A stretch of 64,000 bases of DNA from Rhodospirillales bacterium (GTDB lineage: Bacteria; Pseudomonadota; Alphaproteobacteria; CACIAM-22H2): contig JAEUKX010000102.1 of assembly GCA_016794025.1 (NCBI GenBank), forward strand, positions 1,538 to 65,537, in the 5' to 3' direction. Both the position numbers and the translations under genes were made by a program. Below, in pieces: positions 27,701-36,890 of the stretch. The first letter of the stretch is position 1. Every line of letters begins with the position of its first letter. Below the pieces are notes generated by a model that had not been told where the DNA came from, made no database searches, and saw nothing but the letters and a program-made list of their open reading frames with translations.

Positions 27701-27730
27701 AAGAAAGGCGCCGGGTCATCGCCCCGGCGC
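27701..27730 (-). terminator. Likely rho-independent terminator of the cold-shock gene
   Basis: 8-bp GC stem (gcgccggg/cccggcgc) with a 7-nt loop. On the minus strand it is followed by CTTTCTT, 30 nt after the csp stop. Confidence 0.5.
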
Positions 27731-27759
27731 TTCGGCTCCGCGCGTTCGGGGAACCTTCG

Positions 27760-27969
27760 TCAGACCAGCTTCAGATTGTCGGCTGCCGTCTTGCCCTTCT
27801 TGGGGTCCGGCTTTTCCTCGTACGACACCTTCTGGCCTTCATTGAGCCCGCGAAGCCCGGCGCGCTCGACCGCCGAGATATGCACGAACACGTCCGCACC
27901 GCCGCTTTCCGGCTGGATGAAGCCGTAACCCTTGGTGCCGTTGAACCACTTGACCTTACCGACGGGCAT
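27760..27969 (-). CDS. cspA: Cold-shock protein (CspA family)
   Basis: 69 aa: [34 protein letters not shown] with RNP1/RNP2 motifs. Confidence 0.95.
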   Translation of the reverse strand: MPVGKVKWFNGTKGYGFIQPESGGADVFVHISAVERAGLRGLNEGQKVSYEEKPDPKKGKTAADNLKLV

Positions 27970-28140
27970 CTAATCGCTCCTGAAAGTAGAACTAGTCCCT
28001 ACGTCTTTATAGATTTGGCCCGAACGGCGCAACAATGGCCGCACCGCCGCCGGCGGATGCGCGGTCGGCAAAGAAGGAAGATGATCGAACAAATTTCCGT
28101 TTAATATCAGTTGATTATGCGTATTTTGCTGCATGGGCAT
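27970..28140 (-). promoter_or_regulatory. Probable long 5' UTR / promoter region of the csp gene
   Basis: A locally AT-rich ~200-nt non-coding stretch upstream of csp. Long structured 5' UTRs are typical of csp genes. I cannot define the boundaries. Confidence 0.3.
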
Positions 28141-28183
28141 CGCAACGGTCCGGACCCTGAACCGGTGGAAACGGTCGCCCGAT

Positions 28184-29002
28184 TCAGCGTGCCGGCGGCT
28201 TTTCGGGGCATTTGGTGAGCTGGGTCCCGATCGCGCGCCGGGCGGCGTTTTCAATCTCGGCCAAGCTCGATTCGACCGATGCGATCGTCAGCCTGCCGGT
28301 GTCCGGCTGGCGCCGGAACACCTGCGCGAGACGGATACCGCCCTCGGCATACTCGACGCGCATCGAGTCCTCGCTCGGGCGGGAATAGGCGGCCGCGAAG
28401 CGCTGACGGTTTCCGCCGACCATCGCCTCGTACCTGCCGGCGGCGAACTCGACATAGTTCGTTTCGCAATTTGCCACATTTGCTCCCAGTGCCCACCGCC
28501 CGACGAGATCCGGCGGCGGCCGGGCAAGGATTTCCTCCGCCGCGCGCTCGGGATCGAGGATCGGCGGCACGAACCGATATACCGTGTAGACGATTCCCCC
28601 GAACGCAATGACCGACAGGAATAGCCCTGCGAAACGCACGGCGACCGTGCGCCGGGCGCGCCGCCGCTCGTTTGCATTCGCGCGCAGCCGGGGAAGCGTC
28701 TCGGCATGGAAATGCTCGAGCTGACGGGCGAGACCAGCCGAGGCTTCCGCAAGCGTTCCCTCAAAGACAAGCGTGGCGCGCGCCATCGGCTCCGTCGCGA
28801 GCCGTCCCTCGATCACGATGCCGAGTCCCTGTTCGACCTGGCCATATGCGGTACCGAGCGCCGTCCTGAGGCGCCCCGCCGTGGCAAGCGCCCAGTCCGC
28901 CGCAGTGTCCACGGCGGTGAAGCTGCGTGTTGCAAGACGCTCGCGCCCCTCGTTGGCGGTCAGAGTCGCCGTGCACAGGAAATCGGGTTGGCCGGACTTC
29001 AT
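28184..29002 (-). CDS. Hypothetical single-pass membrane protein
   Basis: Internal ATG at 29002. One TM segment (VAVRFAGLFLSVIAFGGIVYTVY). Third codon positions are G/C-rich. I recognise no domain. Confidence 0.5.
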   Translation of the reverse strand: MKSGQPDFLCTATLTANEGRERLATRSFTAVDTAADWALATAGRLRTALGTAYGQVEQGLGIVIEGRLATEPMARATLVFEGTLAEASAGLARQLEHFHAETLPRLRANANERRRARRTVAVRFAGLFLSVIAFGGIVYTVYRFVPPILDPERAAEEILARPPPDLVGRWALGANVANCETNYVEFAAGRYEAMVGGNRQRFAAAYSRPSEDSMRVEYAEGGIRLAQVFRRQPDTGRLTIASVESSLAEIENAARRAIGTQLTKCPEKPPAR

Positions 29003-29127
29003 TGGCCCATTTGTTACACCAGAACCGATATAAGGCGCACTACTTGCCCGCGGCCGGGTTTCCGGGAGATGCCAAGAATCGCATTCCATGATAGTTGTCA
29101 GGAAGGCCAATTTGGGGTGGAAAGCGC

Positions 29128-29550
29128 GTGGCCAGCGAATATCGCGTCATTTTCTTCGAGAATATCGATCTTGTGGCGGCAGCCTTCGACTGGAAGCGCA
29201 CGCAAGGCGAACCGCCGCCCAACGGACGGGCAACCAAGCTGACGATCGACCGTGACACGCTTTCGTTCAAGATCGAGGTCAAGAAGAAGGACGGCGACAG
29301 CGCCACCTTCATGATGGAAGACGCCCAGATGACGGCGGCGCTCATCATGCTCTGCCGCAAGCGCAAGATTCCTCTGCCGATGAAATCGAAGAAAAATCTC
29401 GTGAACGTGGGTGGCCAGATCGCGTTCATGATCTCGATGCCGTCCGACGGGATCGTGGCAAGCGTCCCGATCGAGTACATCACCGGGACGGTTGCCGAGA
29501 TCAAGAAGGGCGAGACCCGGCCGGCCGCCGGAGCCCAGCCGCCGGCCTAG
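29128..29550 (+). CDS. Hypothetical protein (Lys-rich, no recognised domain)
   Basis: GTG at 29128 follows GGTGGAAAG; the track ORF starts at TTG 29095. Its end overlaps the prfC stop convergently. Confidence 0.5.
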   Translation: MASEYRVIFFENIDLVAAAFDWKRTQGEPPPNGRATKLTIDRDTLSFKIEVKKKDGDSATFMMEDAQMTAALIMLCRKRKIPLPMKSKKNLVNVGGQIAFMISMPSDGIVASVPIEYITGTVAEIKKGETRPAAGAQPPA

Positions 29551-31133
29551 CCGCGCTCGCGCGTGGTCCGGAATGTCAGGTCCGGCCAATCCTGTGCGAT
29601 CCGGTTAAGTTCCCATGCATTGCGTGCGAGGAAAACCGGCGCGTCATCGCGGTCCTCGGCAATGCTGGCCCGGTTCGCCTCGACGAATTTCCGGACCTGT
29701 GCCGCGTCCGGCCCCGAGACCCAACGCGCCGCCTCGAACGGCGCCTGCTCGAAGCCGGCCTTGACGTCGTACTCGGCCGCGATGCGCGAGGCGAGAACCT
29801 CGATCTGCAGGGGGCCGACGACGCCGACGATCCATTGCGAGCCGAGCATCGGCCTGAAAACCTGCGTCACGCCTTCTTCGGCGAGGTCCTCCAGCGCGCG
29901 GCGGAGCTGCTTGGCCTTGATCGGATCGTCCAGGCGCACGCGCCGCAGTATCTCCGGCGCGAAGTTCGGGATGCCCGTGAAGCGAAGCGTTTCGCCTTCG
30001 GTCAGCGTATCGCCGACGCGAAGCGTGCCGTGGTTCGGGATGCCGATGATATCGCCGGGCAGCGCCTCCTCGGCGAGTTCGCGCTCCTGGGCAAAGAAGA
30101 AGATCGGGCTGTGGATCGCGATCGCCTTTCCGGTGCGGACCTGCGTGAGCTTCATGCCGCGGCGGAAGCGGCCAGAACACAGGCGGAAGAACGCGATGCG
30201 GTCGCGATGGTTGGGATCCATGTTTGCCTGGACCTTGAACACGAACCCGGTCACGCGTTCTTCGGCCGGGTCGACGGCTCGCGGCTCGGCCGGCTGAAGG
30301 CGAGGAGGTGGTGCAAATGCCGCGAGGCCGCGGATCAGCGCATCGACCGAATAATCCTTGAGCGCGCTTCCGAAGAAGACGGGCGTCATGTTCCCGGCGC
30401 GATAGGCATCGAGGTCGAGTTCGGGATAGGCCGACAGGGCAAGCGCGGCCGCCTCGCGGAATTCGCGCAGCGGGCGCTCGGCGACAAGGGTTTTGAATAC
30501 GGGATCGTCCGGGCCCGTGGTCGCGACCGTCCGCTCGAAGCTGCCGCCGGGCTTTCCGGTGAAGAACGCGCCGGATCGCAAGTCGAAGCAGCCGTGGAAG
30601 TCCGACCCCATGCCGACCGGCCACACGAAGGGGCAGACGTCGAGCTGGAGCGTCTTCTCGATCTCGTCGAGCAGGTCGAACGGATCGCGGCCTTCCCGGT
30701 CGACCTTGTTGATGAAGACGCTGATCGGTATGTCACGCAGGCGGCAGACCTCGAAGAGCTTCCTGGTTTGAAGCTCGATCCCCTTGGCCGCGTCGATCAC
30801 CATGACGGCGGAATCGACGGCCGTCAGCGTCCGGTAGGTATCCTCGCTGAAGTCCTCGTGGCCCGGCGTGTCGAGCAGGTTGAACGTCGTGCCCTCGTAT
30901 TCGAACGTCATCACCGAGCTTGTGACCGATATGCCGCGAGCCTGCTCGATCGCCATCCAGTCGGAGCGCGCGCGCCGCCGCTCGCCGCGTGCCTTGACCT
31001 GGCCGGCCATGCGGATGGCGCCGCCGAACAGCAGCAGCTTTTCCGTCAATGTCGTCTTGCCGGCGTCCGGATGGGAGATGATCGCAAACGTTCGACGGGA
31101 AGAGGGGTTCTGAAGCGAAGGTGACGTATTCAA
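29547..31133 (-). CDS. prfC: Peptide chain release factor 3
   Basis: RRTFAIISHPDAGKTTLTEKLLLFGGAI, DTPGHEDFSEDTYRTL and NKVDREGRDP. The start is uncertain: TTG 31133 gives an E. coli-like N-terminal length, while the ORF extends to 31271. Confidence 0.9.
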   Translation of the reverse strand: MNTSPSLQNPSSRRTFAIISHPDAGKTTLTEKLLLFGGAIRMAGQVKARGERRRARSDWMAIEQARGISVTSSVMTFEYEGTTFNLLDTPGHEDFSEDTYRTLTAVDSAVMVIDAAKGIELQTRKLFEVCRLRDIPISVFINKVDREGRDPFDLLDEIEKTLQLDVCPFVWPVGMGSDFHGCFDLRSGAFFTGKPGGSFERTVATTGPDDPVFKTLVAERPLREFREAAALALSAYPELDLDAYRAGNMTPVFFGSALKDYSVDALIRGLAAFAPPPRLQPAEPRAVDPAEERVTGFVFKVQANMDPNHRDRIAFFRLCSGRFRRGMKLTQVRTGKAIAIHSPIFFFAQERELAEEALPGDIIGIPNHGTLRVGDTLTEGETLRFTGIPNFAPEILRRVRLDDPIKAKQLRRALEDLAEEGVTQVFRPMLGSQWIVGVVGPLQIEVLASRIAAEYDVKAGFEQAPFEAARWVSGPDAAQVRKFVEANRASIAEDRDDAPVFLARNAWELNRIAQDWPDLTFRTTRERG

Positions 31134-31375
31134 TCGACGGGATCCCGGAAACTGGTGGCGAGGGACATACACCCCGCCCGACGCGTCCCGCAAGCGCGAT
31201 CGCGCAATCTCGGTGTCTAGAAACTGGACCGTCCCGACCGGCGATCGCCGATCGGGACGGGATAGCGGCAACCGACGTCACCGGATCTGGCCGCGCGTAT
31301 CGGCCGCTGCGTCGATGATCCTGCCGTACAAGAGGTTAACGGGAAGATAAGCCGCTCCGTCCTACAATGCGGACC

Positions 31376-32710
31376 CTACAACGGCAGGCGAATGCGGGCG
31401 CGTGCCCCGCCCATCGGCGATTCGTCGATGCGCACGTCCCCGCCATGGCCCCGGATGACGTCGCGCGCGATCGTCATGCCGAGCCCGACGCCGCCTGTTT
31501 CGGCATTGCGCGCCGCATCCAGACGAAAGAACGGCTTGAAGACGTCCTCGCGCGATTCCGCCGGAATTCCCGGACCGTCGTCGTCGATCACGATCTCGAT
31601 GTCACCGGCGTGACGTTCGGCGCGTATCCGCACCTGCGCGGCATGTCGCACCGCGTTGGCGACGAGGTTCTCGACGCTGCGCTTGACCGCATGCGGGCGC
31701 AGGGCAATGTGCATGTCGCCGACCAACTCGAGCGTCACGGAATTCCCGCCGCGAAGCATCGCCGAAACGATGTCGCCGAGGATTGCGCCAAGATCGGATT
31801 CGACGATCTTCTCCTCGCCCTCGCCGCGCACGAAAGCGAGATAGGACTCGACCATCCGCTCCATGTCGCCGACATCGGTCTTCAGACCGGCGGCAGACTG
31901 GTGGTCGCCAAGCATGGCGAGTTCAAGCTTCATGCGCGTGAGTGGCGTACGCAGATCGTGGCTGATGCCGGCGAGCATTTCGGTCCGCTGTGCCATGTAG
32001 CGGCGGATGCGTTCGCGCATCGTCAGGAAGGCGGAAGCCGCCTGCCGGACTTCCGATGCGCCGTAGGCCCGGAATTCGGCATCTTCGCGCCCCTTGCCGA
32101 AGGCCTCGGCGGCGGCGGCGAGCCGCTTGATCGGCCGGACCTGGTTGTTCATGAACGCCGAAGCGATCGCGATGAGGATCAGCGACGATCCGACCATGAA
32201 CAGGACGAAGACATAGACGTTCGTCGTGAAGACCCGTTGGCGCGAGGTAACGAGATGGAGGACTCCGTCGGGGAGTTGCACGGAAAGCCGGATGTCGTCG
32301 GGATCGCCCCATGCGTCGAGCAGGAATGGCCGTCGGACCCGCTCATTGAGTCCGGCGACCAGATAGTGTTCGAGGATCGTGTCCGGCTGTGCCGGCCCGG
32401 TCCGGTCGAGGATGGCGCCGGGCTCGAACGTGTAGGTTGAGCCATATGCGAGTTGCATCGTTCCGACGAGCCAGCGCCGGTCTTCCTCGGCCGGATAGCG
32501 GCTCATCGTCTGGACGACCGTCGCCACTTCGCCGGCGATCGCATTCGACAGCCGCCGCGAAACGGTGTCCCAGACACGGTCGTAGAAGACGAAGCCGGCG
32601 ACGATCTGCACGAGGACCATCGGCGTGACCAGGATCACCAGCGCGCGGCCGAAGAGCGACCGGGGCATGATCTTCCTGAGGAGGTTCGTGATGCCCTGCA
32701 TGCGCGTCAA
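31376..32710 (-). CDS. Sensor histidine kinase (EnvZ-like: two TM segments, HAMP, HisKA, HATPase)
   Basis: H-box LAGISHDLRTPLT, N/G boxes (NLVANAVRHA, DDDGPGIP, GGVGLGMTIARD). Start is TTG 32710 (TTGA overlap with the RR stop) or ATG 32701. Confidence 0.85.
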   Translation of the reverse strand: MTRMQGITNLLRKIMPRSLFGRALVILVTPMVLVQIVAGFVFYDRVWDTVSRRLSNAIAGEVATVVQTMSRYPAEEDRRWLVGTMQLAYGSTYTFEPGAILDRTGPAQPDTILEHYLVAGLNERVRRPFLLDAWGDPDDIRLSVQLPDGVLHLVTSRQRVFTTNVYVFVLFMVGSSLILIAIASAFMNNQVRPIKRLAAAAEAFGKGREDAEFRAYGASEVRQAASAFLTMRERIRRYMAQRTEMLAGISHDLRTPLTRMKLELAMLGDHQSAAGLKTDVGDMERMVESYLAFVRGEGEEKIVESDLGAILGDIVSAMLRGGNSVTLELVGDMHIALRPHAVKRSVENLVANAVRHAAQVRIRAERHAGDIEIVIDDDGPGIPAESREDVFKPFFRLDAARNAETGGVGLGMTIARDVIRGHGGDVRIDESPMGGARARIRLPL

Positions 32711-33402
32711 TCCGTCCGCAGCACGTAGCCCGCGCCACGAACGGTCTGGAGATGGCGCGGATTTCTCGGGTCTTCCTCGATCTTCGGCCGCAGGCGCGTC
32801 ACCGTCACGTCAACCGTGCGGACATTCCCAGACAGCCGCGTGCGGCGCAGCAGATCCTCGCGGCTCACCGGTGCATTGGCCGCAGCCGCGAGCACCTTGA
32901 GCAGAGAAGCCTCGGCGGTCGTCAGTTTCACGTGGGTACCCGCGCGGCTCAGTTCCTCGCGGTTGAGGTCGAACACGAAGTCGCCGAACGCGACCGAATC
33001 CGGCGCATCGGCAGGCGGCGGCGGCGCGCGACGCAGGATGTTGCGTACCCGCAGCAGGAGTTCCTCGGGCTCGAACGGTTTGGGCAGGTAGTCATCCGCG
33101 CCGGCGGTCAGGCCGGATATGCGGTCGGCCGTCTCGCCACGCGCGGTCAGAAGGACGATTGGGACGTCGCGTCGTGCGGTGCGCATGCGCTGGGTGAATG
33201 CGATTCCATCCTCGCCGGGTAGCATCACGTCAAGCACCACGAGATCGAACGCGATGGCCGAAAGCTGGGACTCGGCCTCCTTCGCATCGGCCGCGGTCGC
33301 AACCCGGAAGCCGCGCTCGGCAAGGAACCGGCGCAACAACTCGCGCGTTCGCGTATCGTCGTCGACGACAAGAAGGTGGGCCGCGTCTTCCATCCCATTC
33401 AA
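32707..33402 (-). CDS. OmpR-family response regulator (PetR/CenR-like)
   Basis: Receiver HLLVVDDD...FDLVVLDVMLPGEDG...DDYLPKPF plus a winged-helix C-terminus (RTVDVTVTRLRPKIE). Confidence 0.9.
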   Translation of the reverse strand: MNGMEDAAHLLVVDDDTRTRELLRRFLAERGFRVATAADAKEAESQLSAIAFDLVVLDVMLPGEDGIAFTQRMRTARRDVPIVLLTARGETADRISGLTAGADDYLPKPFEPEELLLRVRNILRRAPPPPADAPDSVAFGDFVFDLNREELSRAGTHVKLTTAEASLLKVLAAAANAPVSREDLLRRTRLSGNVRTVDVTVTRLRPKIEEDPRNPRHLQTVRGAGYVLRTD

Positions 33403-33439
33403 TGTAGGGTGGGTAGGCTGCCGCTGCCAACTGCGCCGT

Positions 33440-33922
33440 TCAGGTCTTCCGGGCGCGCGACCAATATTCCGCCATGATCTCGCGGGCCCAAGCAGGTTCT
33501 AGGATGGCGCCGCGCGGCGAAAAGCCGCTCATCCAGGGCTTGATGTCGAGAACCGGCGTGCCATTGATCGCATCGAGACCGCCGAGGCAAATCCTGCGGC
33601 CTTCGACGGCAAGGATCCGTGCGACCGTGACGCCGATCCGGTTCGGGCGGTTCTTGCCGCGCTGGGCGAATATTCCGACTTCCGGCCAATCCTTGCGGCC
33701 GCGAGGGTGGCGCGCGCCGCGCTCGATATCGCCGTCGGCGACCCGATCGAACACAAACAGGATTTCCGCGTGGCTGAATTCGGCAAGCCCTTCGAGCGCT
33801 TCCGGGCCGAACTGCGCCGGATCCAGTTCGATGTGCGCGTCAATGCTGTCCCAGTCGTCGTCCAGCGGCTCGGTCCTGCTTGAAACGACGTGCCCGATCG
33901 GGTGCATCGTCAGGCGCTTCAT
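33440..33922 (-). CDS. trmO: tRNA (t6A37-N6)-methyltransferase TrmO/TsaA family
   Basis: 160 aa with FSH..ILFVF, RPNRIGVTVARI and DAINGTPVLDIKPW, all hallmarks of the YaeB/TrmO fold. Confidence 0.8.
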   Translation of the reverse strand: MKRLTMHPIGHVVSSRTEPLDDDWDSIDAHIELDPAQFGPEALEGLAEFSHAEILFVFDRVADGDIERGARHPRGRKDWPEVGIFAQRGKNRPNRIGVTVARILAVEGRRICLGGLDAINGTPVLDIKPWMSGFSPRGAILEPAWAREIMAEYWSRARKT

Positions 33923-34437
33923 CGGCGGGCCGCGGTTGCCGGCATCGGGCGCACCGGTTCGCCGGCAACCTTGCCGCGGTCGCGCTCGTCGATCAGCCCC
34001 AGCATCACGCGGCGAAAGCCTTCGACCGCATTCGGGCCGGCTGCGCGGTACGCCGCGGCAATGCGCCGGCGCTGGTTTTCGGAGAGCTTGCGTTCGAGCG
34101 CCGCGCCCATTTCCGTCAGTTCGAGGCGGCGCTGGCGGCGGTCGACATTGCCGGGACGCTGCGAGATGTAACCCTTGCGGACGAGTTCGCCGAGCACGCG
34201 GGACAGGCTCTGCTTGGTGATTCGCAGGATTGCCAGAAGCTCGCCGACATTGATCCCCGGATAGCGCCCCACGAAATAGATCGCGCGATGGTGCGCGCGG
34301 CCAAGGCCGATTTCATCGAGCATCCGGTCAGGTTCGGCCGTGAAGTCGCGATAGGCATAGAAAAGCAGCTCGATGCCGAGCCGCAGGTCCTCGTCGCGCA
34401 GATAGAGATGATGGAGACCGGTCCGCAGCTCAGGCAT
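33919..34437 (-). CDS. MarR-family transcriptional regulator (PetP-like)
   Basis: Winged helix LAILRITKQSLSRVLGELVRKGYISQRPGNVDRRQRRLELT. ATGA overlap with trmO. Confidence 0.85.
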   Translation of the reverse strand: MPELRTGLHHLYLRDEDLRLGIELLFYAYRDFTAEPDRMLDEIGLGRAHHRAIYFVGRYPGINVGELLAILRITKQSLSRVLGELVRKGYISQRPGNVDRRQRRLELTEMGAALERKLSENQRRRIAAAYRAAGPNAVEGFRRVMLGLIDERDRGKVAGEPVRPMPATAARR

Positions 34438-34576
34438 GTGGGGGCTTCATGGCAAAATACGTCAGTGATGTTGACATATATGCCGCAAGAGTGTTTCTTT
34501 CGGCAAGCCCAAATCGGGTGAATATTTCGTCCGACAATGACCGGGCGAAACGAACTGCCACATTGTGAGGTTTTCC

Positions 34577-35464
34577 ATGGCCCTGCTGCCTTACGACGAT
34601 CGCGACGGCTTCATCTGGTGGAACGGCTCGCTCGTTCCGTGGCGCGATGCGAAGCTGCATGTCCTCTCCCATGGCCTGCACTATGCCTCCGCCGTCTTCG
34701 AGGGCGAGCGGGCCTATGGCGGGCGCGTTTTCAGGCTGCGCGAGCATTCCCAGCGCCTGATCGACTCGGCTCGCCTGCTGGGCTTCGACCTTCCTTATAC
34801 GGTCGACGAGATCGACGCCGCCACGAACGAGGTGGTCAAGGCGAACGGGCAGCCGGACTGCTATATCCGTCCGATCGCGTGGCGCGGATCGGAAATGATG
34901 GGTGTCTCGGCGCAGCAGTCGAAAATCAATGTCGCCATCGCGACATGGGCGTGGGGCAGCTACTTCCAGGACAAGGACAAGGGCATCCGTATGTGCTGGG
35001 CCAAGTGGTCGCGCCCGGCGCCCAACACCGCGCCGACTGCCTCCAAGGCGGCAGGGCTCTACATGATCTGCACGCTCTCGAAGCATGCCGCCGAGAAGGA
35101 CGGATATGCCGATGCGCTGATGCTCGACTGGCGCGGCCAGGTTGCCGAAGCGACGGGCGCCAACATCTTCATGGCGATCGATGGCGTGCTGCACACGCCC
35201 AAGCCGGACTGCTTTCTCGACGGGATTACGCGCCGGTCGGTCATCGCGATGGCGAAGGCGCGCCAGATCCAGGTCGTCGAGCGAGCGATCTGGCCGGACG
35301 AACTCGCGAAGGCCCAGGAGGTTTTCCTGACCGGCACGGCGGCCGAAATCACGCCGGTGGGCGAGATCGGCGAGTACCGCTTCACTCCGGGCGCCATCAC
35401 AAAGGCACTGTCCGAGGATTTCGGCCGCGCCACGCGCGGCGAGGCCGACTTCCCGATCCAGTGA
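34577..35464 (+). CDS. ilvE: Branched-chain amino acid aminotransferase
   Basis: ATG at 34577 (MALLPYDDRDGFIWWNG...). It has HYASAVFEGERAY, YIRP.AW.G and FLTGTAAEITPV. Confidence 0.9.
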   Translation: MALLPYDDRDGFIWWNGSLVPWRDAKLHVLSHGLHYASAVFEGERAYGGRVFRLREHSQRLIDSARLLGFDLPYTVDEIDAATNEVVKANGQPDCYIRPIAWRGSEMMGVSAQQSKINVAIATWAWGSYFQDKDKGIRMCWAKWSRPAPNTAPTASKAAGLYMICTLSKHAAEKDGYADALMLDWRGQVAEATGANIFMAIDGVLHTPKPDCFLDGITRRSVIAMAKARQIQVVERAIWPDELAKAQEVFLTGTAAEITPVGEIGEYRFTPGAITKALSEDFGRATRGEADFPIQ

Positions 35465-35748
35465 CGCCCGACGAGATCGTTGCGGCCTACGAAGCCGAGC
35501 TTGCGCGGCTCGGGATCATGCATCCCGAGCCGCCTTCGTCCCGGCGGCTGGTCGATCTGCTGCTGGCGCCCTTTGGCAGGGACTCGCGAAGTTTTGCGCA
35601 GGCCGAGCGCGCGCGGCTGCTTGCGGCGGCAGCGGCACTGTCGATCTGTGACAGACTGAGCGCCGAAGGGCTCGACCGTGTCGCCGCGCGGGCAGCAGTC
35701 GATGCGGCGGTCAGGCGTCGGGAAGCGGCGGCGGCTCCGGCCGGGTGA
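35461..35748 (+). CDS. Small hypothetical protein (Ala/Arg-rich)
   Basis: GTG at 35461 forms a GTGA overlap with the ilvE stop. 95 aa with no recognised domain. It could be non-coding. Confidence 0.3.
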   Translation: MTPDEIVAAYEAELARLGIMHPEPPSSRRLVDLLLAPFGRDSRSFAQAERARLLAAAAALSICDRLSAEGLDRVAARAAVDAAVRRREAAAAPAG

Positions 35749-36184
35749 CGAAGCTTCGGGCCGCATGTGCGATGAGGGCCAAGCCCAGCCCGTAGCTTCC
35801 GTTGATGAAGATGCCGCGCAGCATGTTCGACAACTGGAACCCGCCCGCGACAGGCTGACCGCGCAGCGGCGCCAGCACGAACCATCCGAAGAATGTCGGC
35901 CCGACGATGCCGAACAGGAAGCCGGCCAGCGCCACCGGCAGGGCCGCGGGGATGCGTGACCGCACCAGCGCGTAGACGATCCCCCACACGCCGCCCCAGA
36001 AAGCCTGGTTGAGGAACGCGGGCACGCCGAAGGGGGGAATCGGGCGCGTCTGGTAAGGGCCGTTGGGGATGATGCCCGAGATATTGAGCAGGAAGATCGC
36101 GGCCTGGTGGAACAGCAGCACCGCCAGAAAGCCGCACGCAAAATGGAGCGCGAGATTGCGCGGCGACAATGCGGCATCGGTCAC
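35711..36184 (-). CDS. Hypothetical integral membrane protein
   Basis: About four hydrophobic segments. GTG at 36184 is preceded by GGAGGA and forms a GTGA overlap with the moaE stop. ATG 36199 is an alternative. Confidence 0.55.
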   Translation of the reverse strand: MTDAALSPRNLALHFACGFLAVLLFHQAAIFLLNISGIIPNGPYQTRPIPPFGVPAFLNQAFWGGVWGIVYALVRSRIPAALPVALAGFLFGIVGPTFFGWFVLAPLRGQPVAGGFQLSNMLRGIFINGSYGLGLALIAHAARSFVTRPEPPPLPDA

Positions 36185-36636
36185 GGCCCTGTCCTCCATC
36201 GTTTGGCTGCAGTTTCGTCTTCCGCGCGTGCCTCGACCCATTTCTGGCCCTGTGCCGTGTCCTCGAGTTTCCAGAAGGGGGCACGGGTCTTGAGCCAGTC
36301 GATCAGGAAATGGCACGCCTCGAACGCCGCGGCACGGTGCGGCGAGGCGGCTGCGCAGAGAACGATACGCTCGCCGGGTTCGAGCCGGCCGTAGCGATGG
36401 ATGATAAGAGTTGCCGAAAGTTCCCAGCGGCCAAGCGCCTCGCGTTCGACGGCCACCAGCTCCTTCTCGGTCATTCCGGGATAGTGCTCGAGCGTCATGC
36501 CGCCGCCGCCCGGCGTTCCGAAGTCGCGCACGAGACCCACAAAGCTCGTCAGGGCGCCGATGTCGGTGCGCTTTTCGGTCAGCCGCGCGAGCTCGGTACC
36601 GACGTCGAAATCCTCGCGCTGGACCCGGATCGCCAT
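36181..36636 (-). CDS. moaE: Molybdopterin synthase catalytic subunit
   Basis: ATG at 36636. It has GALTSFVGLVRD, HYPGMTEKEL, ASPHR..AFEAC and LK...PFWK. Confidence 0.9.
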   Translation of the reverse strand: MAIRVQREDFDVGTELARLTEKRTDIGALTSFVGLVRDFGTPGGGGMTLEHYPGMTEKELVAVEREALGRWELSATLIIHRYGRLEPGERIVLCAAASPHRAAAFEACHFLIDWLKTRAPFWKLEDTAQGQKWVEARAEDETAAKRWRTGP

Positions 36637-36638
36637 CC

Positions 36639-36890
36639 TCAGCCTCCCGTCACGGGCGGGAATATCGCGACCTCGTCGCCCGCGTGCACCGGCTGGTCGG
36701 CGGTCGCATAGGACTGGTTCACCGCGACGCGCACCACGGCGCGCTGCGAAAGCGCCTGCGCATGTCCCGGCGAGCGTGTGGCCAGCCAGTCCAGAAGTTT
36801 GGCCACCGTATCGACGCCTTCGGGCAGCGCCACTTCCTCGGTGGCAGTACCCACCCGCGTACGCAGCCACGCAAACCAGAGGACCTTCAC
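36639..36890 (-). CDS. moaD: Molybdopterin synthase sulfur carrier subunit
   Basis: GTG at 36890 (VKVLWFAWLRTRVG...). 83 aa ending DEVAIFPPVTGG. Confidence 0.85.
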   Translation of the reverse strand: MKVLWFAWLRTRVGTATEEVALPEGVDTVAKLLDWLATRSPGHAQALSQRAVVRVAVNQSYATADQPVHAGDEVAIFPPVTGG

